A stretch of 64,000 bases of DNA, taken from positions 1,054,001 through 1,118,000 of the forward strand of contig JADEYG010000003.1 of NCBI GenBank assembly GCA_016906335.1, written 5' to 3'. How positions within the stretch are numbered: position 1 is the stretch's first letter; the number at the start of each line of letters is the position of its first letter. Under the pieces are notes generated by a model. The model made no database searches. It saw only the letters and a list, made by a program, of their open reading frames with translations, and was not told where the DNA came from. This DNA is from Novakomyces olei (taxonomy: Eukaryota). Made by a program: the position numbers and the translations under genes. This document shows, one piece after another, positions 38,356 to 49,300 of this stretch.

Positions 38356-38857
38356 AATGTAGCGCTCTGGATAAGGGTATGCGAGGATAACTCGCTTTTA
38401 TCAGATTTCTAATATGGAGGCTACTTTTTCAAGAATGATCTTTCCTGGATGGCAAAATGTTTTGCGAAGAAGTCGGGAATTTGATATGTGTTTGGGATGA
38501 GGATAGTCTAATGGCTTTTCTCCAATTGGTCTAATCTCTTTACGGAGACTTGCGTTTAGATCGATCAAAGAAAGATATCCTATATTCTTGAACCGTGTTG
38601 ATAGCCTTTCATTAAAATCTAAACACCAAACGTTAGGCTCGCACTTTGTATTTTAATGAGTGCCCATTACCGTTCTCGTGACATTACCAAATATATAGTG
38701 ATCTACTGTAGTGATTCTCAATAATAATTAAATAATTAAAATAATTAAAATAAATTCATTACACAATTATTTGCTGGTATATAATTTATGAAAAACAAAT
38801 GTCTGACATAATTTAAGCTCTGCCGGGGCCAAAGCTTTTTTTATTTATCTTGCCAAC

Positions 38858-39905
38858 ATGCTTCAGTTCGAAGTTGATGGCTGGTCTGTCGCCGGGAACG
38901 TGGAACGACAAAAACCAGCGCCAAACAAGTCCCAATCAGCAAAAAGCGCAAAAGCCAGTGACGCTCCTGCAAAGAAGACCAATCTAAAAAAAGGCCGCGA
39001 AAACGGCAACGAACATGCGACGATACCTCATAAACGGCAGCGCGCCGAGCAAGTACAAGCAATAAAAGTCGACGATAAGAAGGAAACCAAGAAATTGACT
39101 CCACTGCAACTTAAAATGCAGCAACGTCTGAGCGGTGGCCGTTTCCGGTGGCTCAACGAGCAGCTTTATACATCGACATCAGAAGCAGCCAAACGTACGT
39201 TTAATCCGCAACTGTTACACGAATATCATGTTGGGTTTAGACGCCAGGTGGATACTTGGCCAGAGAACCCAGTAGACGCTTTTATTGAGATGTTACAAAA
39301 TTTGCTAGGCTCTAAACATGATAAAAAGCGGAAATCATCTGCGTTGACCGTCGCAGATCTCGGTTGCGGGGATGCAAAAATCGCGAGTACTATGCTTGCA
39401 AGTGACCCGCAGCAAAAATCAATACGTGTTTTTAGCTTTGACCTGGAGCGAGTGAATAAACATGTAGAGGCATGCGATATTGCACATGTAAGATGATCCT
39501 GATACAGTTATTGAACTCAAGTTTTTGGTCTAATCAAAAGGTCCCGATGGAAGGTGCAAGCGTGGATATTGCGATATTTTGCCTAAGCCTGATGGGCACA
39601 AACTTTCCAGACTTTCTTATTGAAGCGAGGCGTATATTAAAACCAGGGTATGCTTAATGGCGACTAACATTGACTAAATGGCAAGGGGTAAATTATGGAT
39701 CGCAGAGATTAAAAGCCGGTTTACGGATGAGCATGCGCAAGCTTTTACGGCTGGCCTTGATTCGCTCGGATTCAAGATTGAAAGAACTGATGAGGACAAC
39801 AAAATGTTTACCAATCTTTTCGCCATTAAACAGGAGACGGAGGGCGAACCTGATTTGGAGCACTTGAAAACATTACTAAAGCCTTGCATTTATAAACGGC
39901 GGTAA
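38858..39905 (+). CDS. RRP8: 25S rRNA m1A methyltransferase Rrp8, 3 exons (introns 39488-39540, 39648-39685)
   Basis: [57 protein letters not shown]. Confidence 0.94.
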
Positions 39906-40199
39906 CCATTAGACTCAATGTCATTTGGGCCAACTTTCAACTTGATGAAGATTTGCTTTAGTTTCGCCATCATGGTACTGCGGAAAATCTTGTCAGGGTC
40001 AGGAACAAGTCGTAAAAGTGTATGGATTTAGTATTTTATTTATAAATCACATTTATTTAAAGTGATTCTGGGCCATAGCTTTCCAATTGATAAATCACTT
40101 TTCAAGTATTGCCCTTGCCTATACGCATCCCAAAATGCTCTATTCCGAAACGCACGCCACATTCCAATATGTATAAAATTCTTTGCATGCTACTTCAAG

Positions 40200-40894
40200 T
40201 TAATCAATAGCCTTGTAGAGAGATTTGTATTGTTCCACTGCTTGCGCCTCTGCGCTGCTGCGGTGAGCCCGGGTATACTCGCCAATATGCTCAAGAGTAA
40301 GTATTGACGAGAGAGGAACTTTGAATTGCCTTTTAAATTCGCCAATGGCACTAGCAGTGCCAGTAGATCCCCGTTCCTGACGATCCAAAAGCAAAGCTAC
40401 CCCACTCAGTTTTGCGTTCACGTTATCCAGGAAAGAAACCGCTTCGCGGATAGCCGTTCCCGCAGTGAGAACATCATCGATGATAATAACGCGACGATTT
40501 GTAAGTGAGGCTCCTACGAGGTTGCCGCCTTCACCATGGGTTTTAGCCTCCTTGCGATTATACGCGTATCCGACGGATCGGCCAGTGAGTTCATATATGC
40601 GTGCCGCAGCAAGAGCGGCAAGAGCAATTCCCTTGTACGCTGGACCAAAAATAACGTCGTATTCAACGTCCATTGCTATAATTGTGCGCGCATAGGCATC
40701 TGCTAGTAAGGCCAACGCTTTGCCCGTACACAGGCATCCAGAATTGAAAAAGTATGGTGACTCCCGACCTTTTTTCACATTAGTACCAACACGAGAAAGT
40801 ATTCTACTGTACCTGATTTCAAGGTAAACTTTCCAAAGGAAAGCGCATTGCTCTCGATAGATTCGTCTAGCAGCAACTCGCGTACCTTTTCCAT
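40200..40894 (-). CDS. URA5: Orotate phosphoribosyltransferase, intron 40769-40812
   Basis: FGKFTLKS|GRESPYFFN, FGPAYKGI, NRKEAKTHGEGG, IIDDVLTAGTA. Confidence 0.95.
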
Positions 40895-41376
40895 AATTGT
40901 GGTGTATGGCCTTTTTTTTTTAATTGATCAATTTATTTTTGTATATATTATTTACACGGGAGAGATTCAGAGTAATAGAGTAGTATTGTGTTGGTCATGT
41001 GTGGATAATACACTAATTTTTTAGAGAAAGATTGGAAAGACTTGTAAATTCTGATAAACTAGCCAGAGACTATATTCACTATATCCATGCCCCATTTACT
41101 GCCACAAAGAGCGGCTTCAACAAGAAATAAAAATATAATTGTGACTAGATCTTTGTCCATCAAAATCGTATTTAAAACAAAACCCCTGAACCAAATTCCC
41201 TAGTGCGATACTGTGCCGTGCATGACCAAGCCCACCTTGATTTCTTGTAATCTGCGCACTGTGATTCTACTAATATAAGCTTGAACGCCATCTCAACTCT
41301 TGATCCGAGTTCAAGCCAGAATGACTTTATGTCTCTATATACACACCGGCGAATGCTCTTTATATCCACGCCGCTT

Positions 41377-42126
41377 TTACAAATCGCCCGTCCCCAATGT
41401 CCCTCCGAGCGACGACGCGAGCCAGTACTCTGGCTCCTGTGCCTGTGCGTCAACCCACAGTACACTCTGTGCCACTAGATCCTCGATCACGGTGCTCGCC
41501 CGCATTGGGTCCCAGGCGAAATTGTCGCTGAGCACAGATACAGAGACGAAGCCCAGCAATTGGGCAGCATCAAGAACAACGGCCTGGTCAGTACTAAACT
41601 CCCGCGGGACAGATCGAATCATCTTCTTTGAGCCCACAGTAATAATATTGAAACCTGACTGCAGGGGTGCTAGCGCAGCTACGGCCGTAGCTATATCCGT
41701 CTCGTCTACTGCAGCAGCTCCTGTGCGTTGATTTTGGGCATTTACAAGTGCACAAGCGTCCTGCAAAGCAATCAGGCCCCCGTTTTCGCGTCGTGTTCGG
41801 CGACAGATCTCCACCGTCTTTATAGCCAATTCATAATAAAAATCGCCCACACCTAAAGCTTCGCTCCACGAGCCTTTGCTTGAGGCTAACGGATCGACGC
41901 CAATAGCAGCACACATGCGAGAAAACTCGTTGCGGAAAGCAGCATTTTGTTTAATCTCGCGAGAATGCTCTCGAGCAAACACAGTTAAAGCCGCCTGGAA
42001 AGTAGAGAGTTGTGCGTTTAACTGGGAGACTTGACTGCGCGTGATAGCACTGCCGATACGGGAAAATTGTTCATTTGATCTCGCTTGTCTGTCGAACGCG
42101 GCTAAGCCCGCGCCCTTACGCGGCAT
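41377..42126 (-). CDS. SNF8: ESCRT-II subunit Vps22/Snf8
   Basis: MPRKGAGLAA, FSRMCAAIGVDPLAS, LGVGDFYYELA, IRSVPREF, LWVDAQ...EYW. Confidence 0.93.
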   Translation of the reverse strand: MPRKGAGLAAFDRQARSNEQFSRIGSAITRSQVSQLNAQLSTFQAALTVFAREHSREIKQNAAFRNEFSRMCAAIGVDPLASSKGSWSEALGVGDFYYELAIKTVEICRRTRRENGGLIALQDACALVNAQNQRTGAAAVDETDIATAVAALAPLQSGFNIITVGSKKMIRSVPREFSTDQAVVLDAAQLLGFVSVSVLSDNFAWDPMRASTVIEDLVAQSVLWVDAQAQEPEYWLASSLGGTLGTGDL

Positions 42127-42876
42127 CGACGCATGAGTTTACGGGCGGCGTACTCGAATATATTAATTAATAGTTGAAGCGTTTACAACAAATAATAAAT
42201 GATATATTCAATTTAATAAATTAATATATATTTGTTTAATACGGTTTATTAAATATTAGACTCAGACCAATAATTTTTTTTTTTTGGTATTAAATGGCAT
42301 ATTTGATGAAATAAAGCCACGCTAGTGCCCTTATCTATATCTATACCAGCGGATATTATATAATCCAGATTTTATTGCCAGGACATAATATAAAACACAC
42401 AGCGATAAGAGCAGCAAGATAGTATTCGAAACATTATACAGCCAATGACAGGCCAACGTCTGAACTTGAGCGCAATACTTGATCTGCTTTTTATCACGCA
42501 ATCACGCAAATCTGAATCTTTCCATGGAAATAAAAATAAATAAATGAATAAATAAATATTGTTTTTTTTTTATTTTGATTTTCTGGGTATAGTAAGCGAA
42601 CAGGAAGAATTTCCTATTTAACAATAGTATTGATTGCGACGGGATGAATTGTGGAGACATCCCGTGCTCCACAAACTGATATATAGTTAAAGAAGAATCG
42701 GTTCAATTGGCAGAGTGTATTACCGTTGGGAGATTTGAAGCAGTACCTTTGCCGCGTTGCAGTCCGGCACTGAACTTGCACCGACTCGCTGACTTGTTTG
42801 ATTGGACCTTTCCGGCTGTTGCAATCATAGGCCATTCGTATAAATAAAGCTGCAAACTGAACGGAGGTTTGCAATC

Positions 42877-43965
42877 ATGACGGTCAGCAAAATCTTACGT
42901 GTTGGCATTATCGGATGCGGCGAAATTGCTCAATTGGCACATTTACCAACGCTGCTCCTTCTCAGCGATCTGTACAAAGTCACAGCAGTTTGTGATATCT
43001 CGCAAAAGGCACGTGAGCACTGTGCAGCCAAGTTCAATGTTGCTCATGTGTTTGCAAGAGCACAAGACCTGGTGCAAAGCGCGGATGTTGATGCAGTATT
43101 CGTCCTTAACGCGGATGAGTATCATGCTGAACACACGGTACTGGCTGTACAGGCGGGCAAGTATGTTCTTGTGGAGAAGCCTATGACTCTGGATCCCGAG
43201 TCAGCAGAGGCAATCAAATCAGCAGAGGTTTCGGCGGGAGGCTCACGCGTAATGGTCGGATACATGCGCCGTTATGCCACTGCGTTCCTGCACGCATTGA
43301 ACCAAGTATCAAGCGGAGAGCCCATCACTTACGCCAGAGTGAGAGACTTTCAAGGACCGTTTCAAGACTTTGTCGCACAGTCCGGTGCGCAAGTTCAAAA
43401 ATTCACAGACTTTTCTCCCGAAAGTGGCGAGGATCGTAGGAAGCGGGCACGTGCTCAGGTGGAACTGGCTCTGCCGGTTGCTTACAATGAAAGGAGCAAC
43501 AGTCTATGGCGGTACTTGGCGACTACCGCCTGCCACTCGTTGTCGAGTATGCGTGAGCTGATCGGTATGCCTTCACGTGTTCATGCCGCCTCTTTTGCTC
43601 CACATCAAAATAGTATTGTTGCTCTATTTGACTATGATACGTTTACATGTACCCTTGAAATTACTCGTGACCTTATCCCACGGTACGATACCCATATTGA
43701 AGTGCATACGGCGTCACGTGTGCTCCGACTGGAATACGAGACCCCTTTTATCAAAGGCTTGCCGGTCACTCTCCACATTGCCGAGAGCGTGAATGGCGCT
43801 TATAGCGAGCGGACTATCCGTGATACGTTTACGGATCCCTACACGCTTGAGCTCCAAGAGTTTCACCGTGTTGTTACTACTGGTGGAGATTTTAAGACAG
43901 GAAGCGCTGATTACACGCATGATCTCACGCTGTTTGAATGGATCACAAAGGCGGCTCTCGCTTAG
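42877..43965 (+). CDS. Gfo/Idh/MocA family NAD(P)-dependent oxidoreductase
   Basis: GIIGCGEIAQ Rossmann motif, VLVEKPM, VGYMRRY. Intronless. Confidence 0.88.
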   Translation: MTVSKILRVGIIGCGEIAQLAHLPTLLLLSDLYKVTAVCDISQKAREHCAAKFNVAHVFARAQDLVQSADVDAVFVLNADEYHAEHTVLAVQAGKYVLVEKPMTLDPESAEAIKSAEVSAGGSRVMVGYMRRYATAFLHALNQVSSGEPITYARVRDFQGPFQDFVAQSGAQVQKFTDFSPESGEDRRKRARAQVELALPVAYNERSNSLWRYLATTACHSLSSMRELIGMPSRVHAASFAPHQNSIVALFDYDTFTCTLEITRDLIPRYDTHIEVHTASRVLRLEYETPFIKGLPVTLHIAESVNGAYSERTIRDTFTDPYTLELQEFHRVVTTGGDFKTGSADYTHDLTLFEWITKAALA

Positions 43966-44184
43966 AGTGTGAGTGTAGTCTTTAGCACCGTCCAGCTAAT
44001 TAGCAAACTAGTAAATCTAAATTGGATCGAGAGCGTGGGCCACGCAAGGCCGCGCGCGTACTCTTGTAGTTCTTGTATATAACATTATACTAACTTAGCC
44101 AATTCTTGCTGTTGAGAAATAAATTAATTTTAAAAAATTCAAGTAATATATGAATACGAATTTTTAATGGAAAAAAAAAAGGAG

Positions 44185-44256
44185 TGCCATTCCCTGGAAT
44201 CGAACCAAGATCTGCTCGGCCACAACGAGCTGTACTAACCACTATACTAGAATGGC
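44185..44256 (-). tRNA. tRNA-His(GTG)
   Basis: GCCATTCTAGTATAGTGGTTAGTACAGCTCGTTGTGGCCGAGCAGATCTTGGTTCGATTCCAGGGAATGGCA folds as a cloverleaf. An oligo-T Pol III terminator follows (A10 at 44171-44180). Confidence 0.95.
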
Positions 44257-44409
44257 TGTCTCAATAGGCCATTCGACCACGATAAGTTATAAAAACGCTC
44301 TTAGTTAACACTATATAGTCAAATCAGGCTCACGCTGCCCCACAAATATTAAGATGTGCCATTAAAGCATTATTGTAGGCAGGCATGATGGCCATAGGAG
44401 CCTTTCACG

Positions 44410-45288
44410 ATGGACCTATTAATTTGCAAGACTTGCGGAGTTCAGTATGATGCAGTTTCACTAGTCAGTTGCAAAATTTGTGATGATCCTAGACAGTATG
44501 TGCCGCCCAGTGGACAGAGCTTTGTCACCTTACGGGAACTGCAATCGTCTAAAATTTATCGCAATGTCTTCCGCACAGACCCGTTTACGTCCCGGCTTGT
44601 AAGTATATGGACGGAACCGACATTTGCGATTGGTCAGCGGGCCATGTTAATCCGTACGCCACACGGCAATGTCCTGTGGGATTGTGTTACGTACCTGGAC
44701 GACGCGACTGTGAAGGCAGTCAAGGAGCTGGATGGCATAGCGGCAATCGTGGTTTCGCACCCGCACTTTTATTCCACCTGCATACAATGGGCAGAAGCTT
44801 TTGATTGTAAAGTGTTTGTGTCAGCAGAGGAAGAGGCTTTTGTTATGCGGCCCTCGAGTTCTCGACTGGAGCTGGTAAGAGAGCCGACCAAATCTTTCTG
44901 TGGCGGTGACGTCACGATGGTCAAGGTAGGCGGCCATTTCCCTGGTAGCCTCGTTCTTCATTGGCGCTCTGAACGTAAATTATTGACCGCAGATTCTATT
45001 ATGGTGACCCCTAGTGGAATCAATTACCACGGCCACGACTCGGTCTCTTTTGCGTTTATGTACTCTTATCCCAATATGATCCCTCTGTCACCCGACGCAA
45101 TACAGAATATCTGGGACAGTGTGGCCGGGCTGGATTTTAAGGACTGCCACAGTGCTTGGTGGGGGAAGGAAACACGGGAAAGCAATGCAAAACGGCGGCT
45201 GCTGCAGAGTGCTCAAGCGATAGTGCGGCAAATGGGATTCAAAAGCCACCCTCTTTTAAACTATTCTGTGGATCAGTTGGCCCAGTAA
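44410..45288 (+). CDS. Metallo-beta-lactamase-fold hydrolase with N-terminal CxxC..CxxC motif
   Basis: ICKTCGVQY...CKICDDPRQYVP, GNVLWDC, SHPHFY, GGHFPGS, ADSI, SYPNMIPL. Confidence 0.85.
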   Translation: MDLLICKTCGVQYDAVSLVSCKICDDPRQYVPPSGQSFVTLRELQSSKIYRNVFRTDPFTSRLVSIWTEPTFAIGQRAMLIRTPHGNVLWDCVTYLDDATVKAVKELDGIAAIVVSHPHFYSTCIQWAEAFDCKVFVSAEEEAFVMRPSSSRLELVREPTKSFCGGDVTMVKVGGHFPGSLVLHWRSERKLLTADSIMVTPSGINYHGHDSVSFAFMYSYPNMIPLSPDAIQNIWDSVAGLDFKDCHSAWWGKETRESNAKRRLLQSAQAIVRQMGFKSHPLLNYSVDQLAQ

Positions 45289-46120
45289 GGCAGCAGAAGC
45301 TGAAAGGTCTGTGGCTGCTTAATCTTTGAATCAGTCTGCGTTTCAGTGGAGTGCCGCTATTGGCATATGCACCAGCGGGGCATAACTCGTACAAAGTATC
45401 AAGGGCTATTGATTTGTTCAGGGACATCAATACTTGTGTGTGATCATTGGTGGTTTGATTTCGGGACTATTTTTGGAGGTAACTGTAGTGCTAGTAGCTT
45501 TTGATAGGCTTATTAATTCGGCTCGGAGAAAGAGAGAGCACTGCCGTTTGAGTACCGACTATGGGAACGCAAACAACCAATCTTGATATATTTGTAATTT
45601 CGCTTTTGGTTCGGCATTAAGATCGGCGCGTAATGGCCGATGAATGCGTCACGACAAAGGCTGTAAGCTTGGTACGAAAGCGTAAGCATTCTGCCGGCGA
45701 CCGTCTTTGCATAGCCATCCCACGCTTTGCGCGTACATTATGACTCGGATATATCGGCATACCTAATCGAGCACTAAATAGATCCTTATCATATGCGCCT
45801 GCCAATCGCCATATATTAATTGTTAAATACTAATTCGTGCATGGGGATTATTGTATGAAAATATACGAGAGCGTGTCTTCATTGGACCAGGCTTAGTATA
45901 ATGTGCCTATTATTGGCATAATCGGGCGGGCACAAAGGAGCTTCTATTACCTTTTTAATAATAATTAATAATAAGCGAAGAATCAGCCGATACTCGTGCG
46001 ACTAAGGGCTCACCCCCCCACATAAAAGCGAGCCAAGAATGTCGTATCTTTTAAATCAAAAAGAGGCCTGAAGGTACACACACGAGGCCACAAGGCACAA
46101 TAGAGGCCCAAAGGCAGGCG

Positions 46121-46220
46121 AAAAAACTAAAACCAGAACAAAACCAGAACAAACTCAAAACCAAAATAAAAACCAAACCAAAATAAAATAAAAACCAAAA
46201 AAAACTAAAAATTAAAAATT
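46121..46220. repeat. (AAAACC/AAAACCAG)-type low-complexity tract upstream of the ABC gene
   Basis: aaaaccagaacaaaaccagaacaaactcaaaaccaaaataaaaaccaaaccaaaat... Confidence 0.8.
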
Positions 46221-46396
46221 GGAAGCCTTCGAAGCAAAGCAACTAAAGAACGAAAGCGTCCAACAGCCTGGTTCGGGTGAATCAGAAATAGAAGGGGACC
46301 AATAGAAATACAATTGGCACCGACAGGCAGCTCAATCCCACAGCGGCACTCGATCTGATAAGCGTAACTGACACGCGCCTTGAAAGGAGAGAGGCA

Positions 46397-49300
46397 ATGG
46401 CTGCGAGGTACACGCTGGGCAATTCCCTGACAGACTCGTTTCACCATCTGGCTCAGTCTGGGACAGACGCAATTTCAAACAGCGGACAAACGGAAGATGC
46501 TGGCGCTGACGACGAGCAGGAGAAGCTTACTGACGCACGAATGCAGGGAGAGATTCATGCTCTTGCGCAGACAATTTCGCGTAACCAGAGCTACAATGGA
46601 AGCATAGACTTTTCTGATCCAAAGATCGATCCAAACACGGAAGCGTTTGATTTGAAAGCGTTTTTGCGCGCAATTATGGGCGTAAGCAACCGCAACCCTG
46701 AACAGTACCCCGGACGTACAGCGGGAATATCGTTCCAAAATCTGAGCGCCTTTGGCTACGGCACAGCGATGGACTACCAGAAAACAGTGAGCAACAAGTG
46801 GCGCGATTTTTATGCTGCCTTGATTGCGTTTTTGCCGAGCCAGAAACGCAAGCGCAACCGTATCGATATTTTACGTAATTTTGACGGACTCGTTCGCAGT
46901 GGCGAAATGCTGGTCGTTCTAGGCCGACCCGGCAGTGGATGCTCAACGTTCCTGAAAACCCTGGCTGGCGATACGCACGGCTTCCATTTGTCGGAGGATA
47001 CGAACCTGCAGTACCAGGGCGTCAGCTACAAGGACATGCGCACACATTTCCGGGGAGAGCTTATTTACAATGCAGAGGTGGACGTCCATTTTCCTCATCT
47101 CACAGTGGCGGATACGCTGTATTTTGCTGCTCTAGCAAGAGCGCCGAGGAACCGTATCGCGGGTCTTTCGCGAACAGAGTATGCCACGCTGATGCGGGAT
47201 CTGGTGATGACCGTGTTTGGGCTACGAATGACGTACAACACAAAAGTGGGCGATGATTTTGTGCGTGGAGTCTCTGGTGGGCAGCGTAAGCGTGTCTCTA
47301 TAGCCGAATGTGCTCTGTGTGGGAGCCCCGTTCAGTGCTGGGACAATAGCACACGAGGTCTGGATTCGGCGACAGCACTGGAGTTTGCCAAGACTGTACG
47401 CTTATCGACAGAGATGACGGGCTCAACTGCCATTGTAGCCATCTACCAGGCTTCGCAAGACATTTATGACGTTTTCGACAAAGTAACAGTGCTGTATGAG
47501 GGCCGGCAGATATACTTTGGGGGAATCAAACGGGCGACTGCGTACTTTATCGAGATGGGCTACGAGTGTCCCGATCGGCAGACGGACGGGGATTTCTTGA
47601 CCTCGCTGACGAATCCGTCAGAGCGGATTGTCCGGCCAGGGTTTGAGCATAAAGTGCCCCGCACACCCGACGAGTTTGCCAGTGCTTGGCGGGGCTCAGA
47701 CGACTATGCTCGGCTGATCCAGGAGATTCAGGAGTACGAGAGGCAGCACCCTCTGGGCGGAGAGCACTTTGAGGCCTTTAAAGCTTCGCACAAGAAGGCT
47801 CAGGCAAAAGGCATGAGCTACAAGTCTCCGTATACAATCTCCTACCCAATGCAAGTCCGGCTGTGTGTTTGGCGAGGCTTCAAACGGCTCAAGGGCGATG
47901 CGTCAATGCCCATCTCGGCCGTTATTGGCAACACGATAATGGCGCTCATTATCGGCTCCATTTTTTACAATATGCGGAGGGACACAAACTCCTTTTACAG
48001 TCGTGGAGCGCTCTTGTTTTACGCAGTCCTTATGAACGCGTTTGCAAGTGCACTGGAGATTCTTACCCTTTATGCACAGCGTGCAATAGTAGAAAAGCAT
48101 TCAAAGTATGCACTGTACCACCCCTCAGCAGAGGCAGTAGCCTCTATGATTGTGGATTTGCCGGCCAAGCTGATAACGTCGGTGGCGTTCAACCTGGTGC
48201 TGTACTTTATGTCGAACCTGAGGAGAACGCCTGGAGCCTTTTTCGTGTTTTACCTCTTCTCCGTAATTTGCACGCTGGTAATGTCCAACATTTTCCGTAC
48301 AATAGCAGCCATGTCGCGTACACTGGCACAGGCACTGGCCCCGGCCGCCCTGTTTATGCTGGCGCTCGTCATCTACACCGGCTTCACTATCCCGACGAGG
48401 GACATGGTGCCCTGGTTCAGGTGGATCAACTACCTGAACCCGATCGGCTATGCCTTTGAGTCGCTGATGGTGAACGAGTTTGTCGGCCGTGACTACAACT
48501 GCTCGGCGTACGTTCCAACGGGTCCAGGGTACACTGATCTGTCCCGGCAGAACCAGATCTGCAGTGTTACGGGTGCCCGACTGGGTGCCGATGTAGTCCG
48601 GGGGAGGGACTACCTGGAGGCCAGTTATAGGTACACTCAGTCCCACGAGTGGCGCAACTTGGGCATTTTGTTTGCGTTTTTCTTTTTCTTTCTGGCCACG
48701 TACCTCTTGGCCACCGAGTTTATCCAGGCCCAGCGGTCGCGAGGGGAAGTTTTAGTGTTTAGAAAGGGAAAGCTGCCAAGGAAGAGTAGTGTTCCCACAG
48801 ACGAAGAGGGAGGTACAGTGTCCAATACTGGATACAGTACTGGATACAGTACTGGACACAGTACTGTACAAAGTACTGTACAAAGTACTGGACACAATAC
48901 AGTATCAAGTACAGTGTCCAATAATGTACACAGTACTGGACACAATACAGTATCCAGTACAGTGTCCAATAATGTACACAGTAACGTGTCCAATACTGAC
49001 CGTACTGGACACAATAATGTGTCCAGTAATGGCAATATTGCTCCGGTACAGTCGCACTCGGCGGACGCAAACGAAAAGCTCAATATGCTGCAAAAGCAGA
49101 CGAAAATCTTCCACTGGAAGGACGTGTGCTACGATATAAAGATCAAAGGCGAGCCGAGACGCATCCTGGACCACGTGGACGGGTGGGTCAAACCGGGAAC
49201 GCTGACGGCACTTATGGGCGTCTCTGGAGCGGGCAAAACGACGCTGCTCGATGTACTGGCAACGAGGACAACGATGGGAGTAGTGCATGGCGAGTTTATG

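Noticed and set aside
46920..46950. Walker A with Cys in place of Lys (GRPGSGCST)
   Set aside because: Normal degenerate NBD1 of fungal PDR transporters.
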